NCBI GenBank assembly: GCA_036679605.1
Contig: JAZDCZ010000254.1
Coordinates: 1-64,000 of the forward strand
Direction of reading: 5' to 3'
DNA: 64,000 nucleotides
Origin: Gemmatimonadota bacterium
GTDB lineage: Bacteria > Gemmatimonadota > Gemmatimonadetes > Gemmatimonadales > GWC2-71-9
Shown here: positions 41,076 to 49,379 of the stretch, in pieces
Position numbering within the stretch: the stretch's first letter is position 1
Layout of the letters: every line of letters starts with the position of its first letter
Program-made: the position numbers and the translations under genes
Notes under the pieces: generated by a model
Seen by the model: the letters and a program-made list of their open reading frames with translations, nothing else
What the model was told of the DNA's origin: nothing
Database searches by the model: none

Positions 41076-42381
41076 AGCCCTCGAACTCCCCTAACACTGG
41101 GACTTCTGCACCCGCGACGACGCTGTCGAGCGCTGCCGCCGCCAGTGCCGGCCGACTTCGAAGCAGTGTACCGCTGGTCACGACTTCACGGCGAAGGGGC
41201 GCGCCTATCAACTCCGTGACGCTTGCCTGAACAAAGCCGCTCAACCCGTTGGGCATCTCTACGCGATACCAGTTGCCTACTCCGGCCACAACGTGAAGCG
41301 GCGTGTGCGCCACCAACTCCGACACCACGGTAGAGCGCGTCCGAGGCAGTGTTCGTACTCTGGTACGGTCACGGGTCACACGCACCCAAGCGCCAACGGC
41401 TGTGCTGTCTCCGCTGAACGCCTGAGTCGCAGTTGGTGGCTCATAGAGAGCCGGATATGGATCGAAGGCCCCAAATCCACGCTGATAGACCCCAAAGTGC
41501 AGGTGCGGCGGTGTAGTTCTGGCGTTCCCAGTATTGCCCACCAAACCCAACGTGTCACCCGGCATGACTTTCGTACCGCGCTCCACGAGATGGCGATCGA
41601 GGTGAGCGTAATACAGTGACCTGCCGATCTCGTCTCGGAGCCAGATCACGTTGCCGCCCAGCCGGTTGGTCCCGGTCCGAACGACGGTACCCTTCGCCGC
41701 AGCGACAACTGGGGTCCCACGGGGCGCGAAAATGTCCACCCCTTCATGACGACGACGTCCGCCATCTCGCCGTGCAAACCACCCACTTCTAATTGCGGTC
41801 GTGTCGTGGCCGTCCACAGGAAACGCCAGCGATGCGCCTACCAGAATCGTAACCGTATAGCGCCCACCGCGAAGCAGTTCCGGCTGCACCCGCAAAACGT
41901 AATCGCCGTCGCGTCGGGCAACGTACTCAAGGTCACGATCCGAGCTGTCTGCGCTTGCGAGGAGAATCGGAGATCTCCTGGTACCATTGGGAACAACGAA
42001 CATGTCTAGGAAAACCCTGAACCCCGTATCCGCTTCGACCTCCATACTCGCCATCACCCGCTGACCGCGTCTCAGCGTCATCTGGTACCCCACGGCTCCG
42101 GGCTCAGCGGGATCCAGATAACTCACTTCGTGATAGGGCGTTACTACTGATACCGGTTGCGAAAGGGCATGACCCGAAGCAGACAGCCAATCGCGGCCCA
42201 GTGCAGTCTGGGCGAGCCCCATGTCTCGCAAGCTCCGTTCGTAGCGCTCGTGCGGTGTATAACCAACGGCAAGATTTCCTATCGCCTCCCCTCCACATGA
42301 GGCAGCGGCGAGTGAAGCTGCTACGATCGCCGTCACCCGAATGAATCCGGCTGCAGATCTGTGTGATGCAGTTGTGGTCAT
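41023..42381 (-). CDS. M23 peptidase lipoprotein with C-terminal SH3-like domains
   Basis: Lipobox AAS-C; HEGVD, YYAHL, HLH; SH3b-like ends (W..V.....GFV, GWL). Confidence 0.9.
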   Translation of the reverse strand: MTTTASHRSAAGFIRVTAIVAASLAAASCGGEAIGNLAVGYTPHERYERSLRDMGLAQTALGRDWLSASGHALSQPVSVVTPYHEVSYLDPAEPGAVGYQMTLRRGQRVMASMEVEADTGFRVFLDMFVVPNGTRRSPILLASADSSDRDLEYVARRDGDYVLRVQPELLRGGRYTVTILVGASLAFPVDGHDTTAIRSGWFARRDGGRRRHEGVDIFAPRGTPVVAAAKGTVVRTGTNRLGGNVIWLRDEIGRSLYYAHLDRHLVERGTKVMPGDTLGLVGNTGNARTTPPHLHFGVYQRGFGAFDPYPALYEPPTATQAFSGDSTAVGAWVRVTRDRTRVRTLPRTRSTVVSELVAHTPLHVVAGVGNWYRVEMPNGLSGFVQASVTELIGAPLRREVVTSGTLLRSRPALAAAALDSVVAGAEVPVLGEFEGFIYVEAPSGRAGWLRID

Positions 42382-42460
42382 CCTAGAACATGCTCCTCAC
42401 CGACAAAAACACGGCACTATATTGTGCGTGTTCCCAAACACGATACATGGAGCAACCTCT

Positions 42461-42822
42461 ATGCCGACTCATATATCCTCTCCGCACGTGTAGCCGCCGC
42501 CGGGTCTAAGCCCAAATTGATCGACGAATTCATCGGTCGCGTCAATTCCGACACAAACAGCGTAAGCATCGCCAAGATGACCAGCCCTACTGGATGGGTC
42601 GAACCCGGTCAAACTCCGGAGTTCGATGAGTTTACTCTAGTACTCAGCGGAACGCTCCGCGTGGACTACGACGGGGGCACAATCGATGTAAGACCGGGAG
42701 AAGCCGTGATCGCACACGGAGGTGAATGGGTTCAGTACAGCACTCCTGGGCCGGCTGGAGCCGAATACGTGGCCGTCTGCGTTCCGGCATTCTCCCCCGA
42801 CCGAGTGAATAGAGACGAATAA
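42461..42822 (+). pseudogene. Cupin (EutQ-like) gene with 1-nt frameshift near the 5' end
   Basis: GGAG SD then ATG 42461 reads MPTHISSPHV-stop; the cupin body (ARVAAAGSKPKLIDEFIGRVNS...EPGQTPEFDE...AFSP) is in another frame. Confidence 0.7.
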
Positions 42823-42901
42823 ATCAGTCCGGTGGATGGTCACAAACTGGGAGTGAGCGGGGTCACCGCGCAGACCTGCCGGTTCGCCTAGATTCATGAC
42901 C

Positions 42902-43402
42902 ATGATGTCTACCATACTGCGAACCAAAGCATTTCTTGGTGGCCTCCTTACCCTCTCACTGGGGGTCGTGGCGGCAGCCGGCCCGCTGTATGGCCAGAAT
43001 CGTCCCGCCCTGGTCGCGAGCGTTTTGCCCGCTATCGTCGATGTTTCAGCCTCGAGACCAGACGGCAGCCTGGAAGCGGCAGAGGAGGTTTCTACCCCCG
43101 AGCCACACGGTCCATTGACCATAGGGCGCGCCGCACTACTCGGCGCAGTCCAGACCAACAACGACTCTTCAGTGGCACGACTTGCCGCTCCGATCTACGA
43201 AGCAAGACAGAACGGCGACGGCTTCTTGAACCGGGTCGGCCATGCGAAGCTCAGACTGGCTCCAGCGCCTCACGTGAAGGTAGCCGTGTCGATCCGCAAC
43301 TTGCTCAGGGACCATTCCGAACATCGGATTTTGGCCCACACCGTACCCGGACTCTCCACCGTGTACCACTCATATAGTGTTGGCATCGCCATAGGTTTCT
43401 AG
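42902..43402 (+). CDS. Hypothetical exported protein
   Basis: Signal peptide; C-terminal amphipathic strand ending in Phe; TAGATT-N7-ATG. Confidence 0.55.
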   Translation: MMSTILRTKAFLGGLLTLSLGVVAAAGPLYGQNRPALVASVLPAIVDVSASRPDGSLEAAEEVSTPEPHGPLTIGRAALLGAVQTNNDSSVARLAAPIYEARQNGDGFLNRVGHAKLRLAPAPHVKVAVSIRNLLRDHSEHRILAHTVPGLSTVYHSYSVGIAIGF

Positions 43403-43406
43403 ACGA

Positions 43407-46223
43407 TCAGGGTTTCTCAGGGTACAGCGACACTCTGATGTAATTGTCTAGGGGCAAGTACTCCAGCGCTGCACTCTGCACGTCGGCAATCGTAAGCTCG
43501 TCGATCAACGCGTTGTACGTAAGAATGGCCCGGGGGTCCAGGCCCAAACGATCGTAAGCAAGGAGCTGGTTGAGCCAGAACCTGTTTTGCTTGATACTGG
43601 TTTCCCTGTCTCGCCGTTGCTGCTCCTGAACTTTGTCGATATCGGCTTGATCGGGACCTTTGTCAACCAGATTCCTGATCTCGTCGAAGACCTCCAATGT
43701 CAGCTCTTCGAGCCTGTCCGGGTCGGCACCGAAGCTGATGTGTATTGAATACGAAGGCTGGGGTTCTCTGTCTGTCGATCCGGCCACCGAAACGCTGTAC
43801 GTACCGCTCAGCACCTCACGCAACCTCTCCCTCAACCTCAGTTGCAACACTTGGATGAGCGAACTGATTCGATACCTGTTCTGCCTTGTGAATTCGAGTG
43901 GCCCCGTGAACACGATGCTGGTTCGGCTCTTGGGTTCCAGACCACGCCTAACGATTCTCTCCACTTTGGTCGCTGGCGGACGAATCCCAAGGTCGCGCCA
44001 AGTTTCCTCTCTGCCCTCAGAGGGGAGCGGAGCAAGATATTGCAGCACCAATTGCTTCATCTTCTCAAGATCGACGTTCCCGACAAAGACGAACGTGAAA
44101 TCGCCCGCATCGGAAAAGCGATCCTGATAAAACCGAAACGACTTGTCGAGATCCATCTCCTCGTAGATCTCGTTGGTAGGTGGACGAGCACGAAAGTGGT
44201 GCTGTGTCAGCGTAACGTTCAGTGTGTCCTGGAAGGCGGCGGCCGGACTGGAACTACGATTTGCCAGAACCGATTTTACTTGCGACCGAAAAGCGAGGTA
44301 TGAGGTGCTGTCACGACGTGGCTCCGTAAACAATAGATAGACCAGCTGGAACAGAGTTTCTACGTCATCGGGCGATGCACTGCCGCCGAGCCCTTCGTAG
44401 AACGAACCCACGTTGGGATTAACCGATACCGCCTTGCCGGCCAATTTCTTCTGAAGGTCCACAAGGCTGAATCTCCCCATGCCGCCTGCGGCGACCACCG
44501 TGGCTGCCGTTGATGCCGCAATGAAGTCCGAGTCGGGGGCAAGTGAAGTCCCGCCCGGGCTCGACGCCCGGAACACGATTTGGTCGTCCTTAAAATCTGT
44601 CGGCTTCAAGAGCACCCGGAGCCCGTTGGATAGCTGCCACGCAGTTACGCCGATCTCCTCGAGTTCACTCTCTCGCGCTATCGTCCCTGCCGCAGGTAGC
44701 TCAGCGATGAACGGATCGTCATCCACAATTTCCACATATGGATCCAAGTCACTTCGCTGCACTTCTTCGAACACTGCAAGCATCTGGTCTTCAGATGGAA
44801 CCTGGACGCCTGGTTTCTCAGGAGCGCTGACCAGAATCACCCGATTGCGATCGCTTAGCCATTCTCGGGCCAACCGGTTCGTCTCATCCAGCGTGATGTC
44901 TGGAAGGAACCGCTGGTGAAGTTCGTATTCGAGGGCAACTCCGGGAATGGGCTCGTTGTACAGAAAGGCATCTACGTATTCGAATGCATACTGCCCCGAG
45001 TTGGTCTTGTCACGCTCGGCATAGTCTCGCTCCAAGCGACGCAGAAGTTCTATCTTGTTTCGATCCAACTCGCTAGCAGTGAATCCGTATCGTGCGACAC
45101 GTTCGGCCTCTGTCAGAAGCGTGTGCAAGCCGCGTGTAACGCCCCCATCCGCAACACCGGCGCCCAGAACATAGACCTCCTTCGATCGGATCAACCGGCC
45201 TTGACCTGAGGAACCGTACAGGAAGGGAGGGTCAGCCTGCTGTGTGAGTTCGAAGAGCCGCTGATTCAGCATCCTGTTGTAAAGGCGCTCCACTATGAGC
45301 TTCCGGTAGCCGCCGATATCGATCTCGTCTTCCGGCGGCTGGAGATAATAGAGACTGACACTGGAACTGGTAGCCTCCTCGTCCGTAGCAATGGTAACCA
45401 GCGTCTTGTCATGGTCGGGAACCGGATACACGGTCCTCGGACGGGGGTCCGTTGCAGCTGTCCAGTCAGAGAAGTGATCTTTTATCAACTGCACTATTGC
45501 GTCTCTGTCGAAATCTCCAACCGCAATCACCGCCATTAGGTCAGGACGGTACCAGTCGCGGTAGAACCGTTTCAGTGCATCGTGATCGAACGACTCGAGC
45601 ACGGAAGGCTTACCGATCGGCAACCTCTCTGAGTAACGGGAGTTCTTGAAGAGTGTGGGGAACTGTTTGTCCATAATCCGCGCTCCGGCCCCCCGACCCA
45701 GCCGCCACTCCTCCATGACAACCCCACGTTCGCCATCTATCTGTGCTGAATCGAACAACTGCCTGTGGGCCCAGTCTTCGAGAATCTCGAACGCCTTCAC
45801 CATGACAGTCGCGGTGTCAGTCGGCACCTGGAGCATATAGACCGTCTCATCAAAACTCGTATAGGCATTGAGATCGGCACCGAACCGCATACCAATGCGT
45901 TCCAGATAGTCCACCAACTGCTGTCGCGGGAACCTCTCGGTACCGTTGAAAGCCATATGCTCCACGAAGTGAGCCAGCCCGAGCTGGTCGTCGTCTTCGA
46001 GTACGGACCCTGCATTTACGACCAGACGCAATTCCGCGCGGTTCTCGGGACGATGGTTCACTCGAACGTAGTAGCGCAGACCATTGTCGAGGGTGCCGGT
46101 GGTCACCAAGGGGTCCAGCGGGAGCGGGTCGGCAAGATTTGGAGGCGCGGCCTGACCCTCCAGATGGGTACCACCCACCAGGAGAATGGCGCACCAGATT
46201 GCCCAAAACGACCTTCTCTTCAT
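43407..46223 (-). CDS. M16 family zinc protease (PqqL-like, two-domain)
   Basis: HFVEHMAFNG, NAYTSFDETVY, RLPIG, LRE.LSG.Y; signal peptide; GGAG SD. Confidence 0.95.
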   Translation of the reverse strand: MKRRSFWAIWCAILLVGGTHLEGQAAPPNLADPLPLDPLVTTGTLDNGLRYYVRVNHRPENRAELRLVVNAGSVLEDDDQLGLAHFVEHMAFNGTERFPRQQLVDYLERIGMRFGADLNAYTSFDETVYMLQVPTDTATVMVKAFEILEDWAHRQLFDSAQIDGERGVVMEEWRLGRGAGARIMDKQFPTLFKNSRYSERLPIGKPSVLESFDHDALKRFYRDWYRPDLMAVIAVGDFDRDAIVQLIKDHFSDWTAATDPRPRTVYPVPDHDKTLVTIATDEEATSSSVSLYYLQPPEDEIDIGGYRKLIVERLYNRMLNQRLFELTQQADPPFLYGSSGQGRLIRSKEVYVLGAGVADGGVTRGLHTLLTEAERVARYGFTASELDRNKIELLRRLERDYAERDKTNSGQYAFEYVDAFLYNEPIPGVALEYELHQRFLPDITLDETNRLAREWLSDRNRVILVSAPEKPGVQVPSEDQMLAVFEEVQRSDLDPYVEIVDDDPFIAELPAAGTIARESELEEIGVTAWQLSNGLRVLLKPTDFKDDQIVFRASSPGGTSLAPDSDFIAASTAATVVAAGGMGRFSLVDLQKKLAGKAVSVNPNVGSFYEGLGGSASPDDVETLFQLVYLLFTEPRRDSTSYLAFRSQVKSVLANRSSSPAAAFQDTLNVTLTQHHFRARPPTNEIYEEMDLDKSFRFYQDRFSDAGDFTFVFVGNVDLEKMKQLVLQYLAPLPSEGREETWRDLGIRPPATKVERIVRRGLEPKSRTSIVFTGPLEFTRQNRYRISSLIQVLQLRLRERLREVLSGTYSVSVAGSTDREPQPSYSIHISFGADPDRLEELTLEVFDEIRNLVDKGPDQADIDKVQEQQRRDRETSIKQNRFWLNQLLAYDRLGLDPRAILTYNALIDELTIADVQSAALEYLPLDNYIRVSLYPEKP

Positions 46224-46380
46224 CAGCTTTCTCCGCATTGGTCCAGCCTCTGTACCCTCATGGATCCCGCTTTGTGCCGCCTCACTCAAGGCTGTTCTCC
46301 GGACCAACGCCCACGTGGCGAAAATCCTTGAGCGACAATACATTAGCGTCTCCTCCGGTCGCTAGCCCGTGATCTCCTAT

Positions 46381-47340
46381 ATGAGCCCGCACATGCACTC
46401 AATGAAATCTCTCAGCCGCAGAAGCTTCATCGGGACATGCGCCGCGGCGGCAACGGCTGGTCGATTGAGAATCGAGCCTGATATCTACGCCCTGGTGCTA
46501 GGGTCTGTGCAGGATGGCGGACTCCCTCAGACGGGTTGCTACACACCGCGTTGCGACCGTGCCAGGCTCAATCCTCGATACGTGGCCTCGATCGGCCTTG
46601 TCGAACCCGACTCAGAACGAGTTTACCTGGTCGATGCAACACCCGACATCACGAGACAGATCGACTTGATCAAGGAGCCCTGGTTCCGCCGGCACGCGGA
46701 ACAGAGACATCCGTTCGACGGCATCTTTCTGACCCACGCTCATATCGGTCACTACCTTGGCTTAGCACTCCTGGGCCGCGAGGGACTCGGCATGAGTTCA
46801 ACACCGTGCTACTGCAGTGCGAGTATGGCCGAGTTCTTGGCCGAGAACGCACCGTGGCGCTTGTTGGTAGAGGAGGGCAGGCTCGAACTCAAGGCACTCG
46901 AGTTCGACAAGTGGCATCGGATCGATGACTCTTTATCGGTGCAGGTTCTACCAGTCCCCCATCGCCACGAGTTTTCCGATACCGTGGCATTTGTGTTCCG
47001 CGGTCCCTCTCGCTCCCTGCTGTACCTGCCGGACATAGACCAATGGACCAAGTGGGCACGTCCCATCGAGACCGTGGTCTCGAGCGTAGACATCGCCCTC
47101 GTGGATGGGTCCTTCTATTCAGCCACCGAGGTCCCTGGGCGCCGCCACGAGGATATACCCCATCCCCTCATGGTGGACACCATGGACCGGCTTCAGCAGT
47201 CCGTCCAATCCGGCCACAAAATTGTATTCACTCACCTGAACAATACGAACATCGCCCTCGACACCGACGGGAACGAGGCTGTTGATCTTCGTAAACGCGG
47301 GTTCGAAATAGCCCAAGAGGGAATGCGGTTTACTCTCTAG
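46381..47340 (+). CDS. PqqB-like metallo-beta-lactamase fold hydrolase with Tat signal
   Basis: SRRSFI; LG..QDGG.P..GC...C; THAHIGHY; PHR.E; PDID.W; HLNNTN. Confidence 0.85.
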   Translation: MSPHMHSMKSLSRRSFIGTCAAAATAGRLRIEPDIYALVLGSVQDGGLPQTGCYTPRCDRARLNPRYVASIGLVEPDSERVYLVDATPDITRQIDLIKEPWFRRHAEQRHPFDGIFLTHAHIGHYLGLALLGREGLGMSSTPCYCSASMAEFLAENAPWRLLVEEGRLELKALEFDKWHRIDDSLSVQVLPVPHRHEFSDTVAFVFRGPSRSLLYLPDIDQWTKWARPIETVVSSVDIALVDGSFYSATEVPGRRHEDIPHPLMVDTMDRLQQSVQSGHKIVFTHLNNTNIALDTDGNEAVDLRKRGFEIAQEGMRFTL

Positions 47341-47376
47341 CGCTATCACGGGACCGCTACACCGGTTGCAGGTCCG

Positions 47377-47608
47377 ACTGCCACCACTCTTGCCGATCTT
47401 GGTCTCCACCAACACATTAGCTGCCTCGCCCTCATAACCGTCCAAAGAAACAAGAGCACCTACGACGCCGGTGGTCCAGCTGGACCGCCGACATCGTGCA
47501 CCTCGCCCGCACCCCGGACGACCCGGCGCGGGTAAAAGCACTTGATGCGACAGGAGGAACTGATGGCCCGTCGTAGCACTATGAGCGTTTTCTCGATGCT
47601 CGCCCTCA
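47377..47608 (+). repeat. Repeated promoter/leader/RBS element, copy 1
   Basis: 47377-47508 matches 49188-49319 at 119/132 positions (manual count); TTGCCG-N17-CACATT. Confidence 0.92.
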
Positions 47609-49140
47609 CCTGTCTCGGGGTCTCTGCTAGCCAGGCCCAGGAAACTGCGCCACCTCCTGCGGTCGACTACGAAGCGCTACACGCCTACATCCTGAGCGCC
47701 GTCGAGGCAAGTCAGGCCACTGGTCTGGCGGTCGGCATCATCAAGGATGACGAAGTCGTCTTCGCGCGAGGCTATGGCGTTCGCAGTCTCGAGACCATGG
47801 TTCCGGTCGATACACAGACACAGTTCGGCCTTGCGTCGGCGTCGAAGCCCTTCACCGTGGCCGCGTTGGGACTCCTGGTCGACGAGGGCAAGCTGAACTG
47901 GAACGACAAGGTCATCGATCATCTCCCGTGGTTTCGGCTTCAGGATGCTTACGCCACCGTGGAATTGACAATCGGCGATCTACTGTCTCACCGGTCAGGA
48001 TTGGGATCGTTCGATGGCGATCTGCTGTGGTTCGGGACGGACTACACCAGCGAAGAGGTGGTCCGGAGGATCCGCTCGTTGCCGCTGAGAAACGGCTTCC
48101 GGGCCCGGGCCGGATATCAGAGCGTGATGTTCATTGCGGCCGGCTTGGTGGTGGAAGCCGTCTCAGGAATGCCGTGGCACGAGTTCATCGAGCGGAGGAT
48201 TCTCCAGGTGCTCCGGATGGAGCACTCTTCCGCGAACCTGGCCGACCTGAAGGCAAGCGCCAACCATGCCGTTCCACACGCAGACGGCAGAACACTTCCA
48301 TTTATCAACTACGACAATGTCGGACCGGCAGCCGGCATAAACTCCTCGGTCTCCGACATGCTGAGTTGGCTGAAGATGTGGCTAAGCGAAGGCAGCGTAG
48401 ATGGCACACAGTTCCTCTCGCCGCGGACCATCAGGACGATCACATCATCACAGATGTTCCTGAACGGTGGTCTAGGCGCCGAGCCACAGGGCATTCATTT
48501 CAATAACTATGGATATGGGTGGCGACTGGCGGACTATGCCGGCCGCAAGGTCATTCGTCATGGCGGAGCCGTGCCTGGATATCTCTCCGCGGTGGTGTTC
48601 GTACCTGAAGAGAACCTGGGGATCGTGGTGCTTGTCAATGATCTGGCACTGATCCACGCTGCGATCGCCAATAAGATCCTCGACTTGTTCACGACATCGA
48701 AGGACAGAGACTACGTCGCTGAGACACTGCAATCCCTTAAGCGTTATGAGTCCGTTCTGGAGAGACAGCGGCAGGAGAGATTGAGCGGCCACGCGCCCAA
48801 CACGACGCCGTCACTGCCGCTCGCCGACTATGCCGGGCTGTACCGCGACACCGTGTACGGCGACGCCGAAGTCACGGACGAAAACGGTGTACTGAGTCTC
48901 ACTTTTCTTCCCGCACGAGAGCTGTTCTCGGCCCCCCTCGAGCACTTTCATTTCGACACCTTCAAAGTGCAGTTTACCGAGTGGATCGGTTGGCCGGCTC
49001 TCGAGTTCGGACTGGTGACGTTTCATCTCGGCGCAGACGGACAGGTCGAGACGTTTACTATCGACCTGCCGAGTCGGGATTTCCATTTCTCGAATCTGAA
49101 GTTCGTCAAACAGGATGACCCGACAGCGCCGACTCGCTAG
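47563..49140 (+). CDS. Exported serine hydrolase (beta-lactamase/AmpC-like + DUF3471-like)
   Basis: SASK (SxxK), LLSHRSG, YQS, HGG; C-terminal YAG.Y....YG domain. Confidence 0.9.
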   Translation: MARRSTMSVFSMLALTCLGVSASQAQETAPPPAVDYEALHAYILSAVEASQATGLAVGIIKDDEVVFARGYGVRSLETMVPVDTQTQFGLASASKPFTVAALGLLVDEGKLNWNDKVIDHLPWFRLQDAYATVELTIGDLLSHRSGLGSFDGDLLWFGTDYTSEEVVRRIRSLPLRNGFRARAGYQSVMFIAAGLVVEAVSGMPWHEFIERRILQVLRMEHSSANLADLKASANHAVPHADGRTLPFINYDNVGPAAGINSSVSDMLSWLKMWLSEGSVDGTQFLSPRTIRTITSSQMFLNGGLGAEPQGIHFNNYGYGWRLADYAGRKVIRHGGAVPGYLSAVVFVPEENLGIVVLVNDLALIHAAIANKILDLFTTSKDRDYVAETLQSLKRYESVLERQRQERLSGHAPNTTPSLPLADYAGLYRDTVYGDAEVTDENGVLSLTFLPARELFSAPLEHFHFDTFKVQFTEWIGWPALEFGLVTFHLGADGQVETFTIDLPSRDFHFSNLKFVKQDDPTAPTR

Positions 49141-49187
49141 TGGGACGACCGTACGCCGGTCGGACCGCATGGACCCCCCGGTCCCCC

Positions 49188-49379
49188 ACTGCCACCCCTC
49201 TTGCAGATCTTGGCAGCCGGCAGCACATTGGCTGCCTCGCCCTCATAGCCGTCCAAAGAAACAAGAGCACCTAAGACGCCGGTGGTCCTGCTGGTCCGCC
49301 GACATCGTGCACCTCGCCCACGCCCTGGACCCGGCGCGAGTCACCGCACTTGATGCGACAGGAGGACCCGATGGCTCGT
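49188..49379 (+). repeat. Repeated promoter/leader/RBS element, copy 2
   Basis: See copy 1; TTGCAG-N17-CACATT...GACAGGAGGACCCGATG. Confidence 0.92.

Noticed and set aside
43407..47340. PQQ biosynthesis cluster
   Set aside because: No pqqA, C, D or E; both proteins carry export signals.
47419..47562. Known riboswitch in the repeated leader
   Set aside because: No cobalamin, TPP, SAM, glycine or c-di-GMP consensus recognised; hairpin differences between copies are not compensatory.
49280..49365. Leader as a decayed 3' end of an ADOP permease (LDPARVTAL..RQE-like translation)
   Set aside because: Requires several frameshifts; the resemblance is too weak to support.
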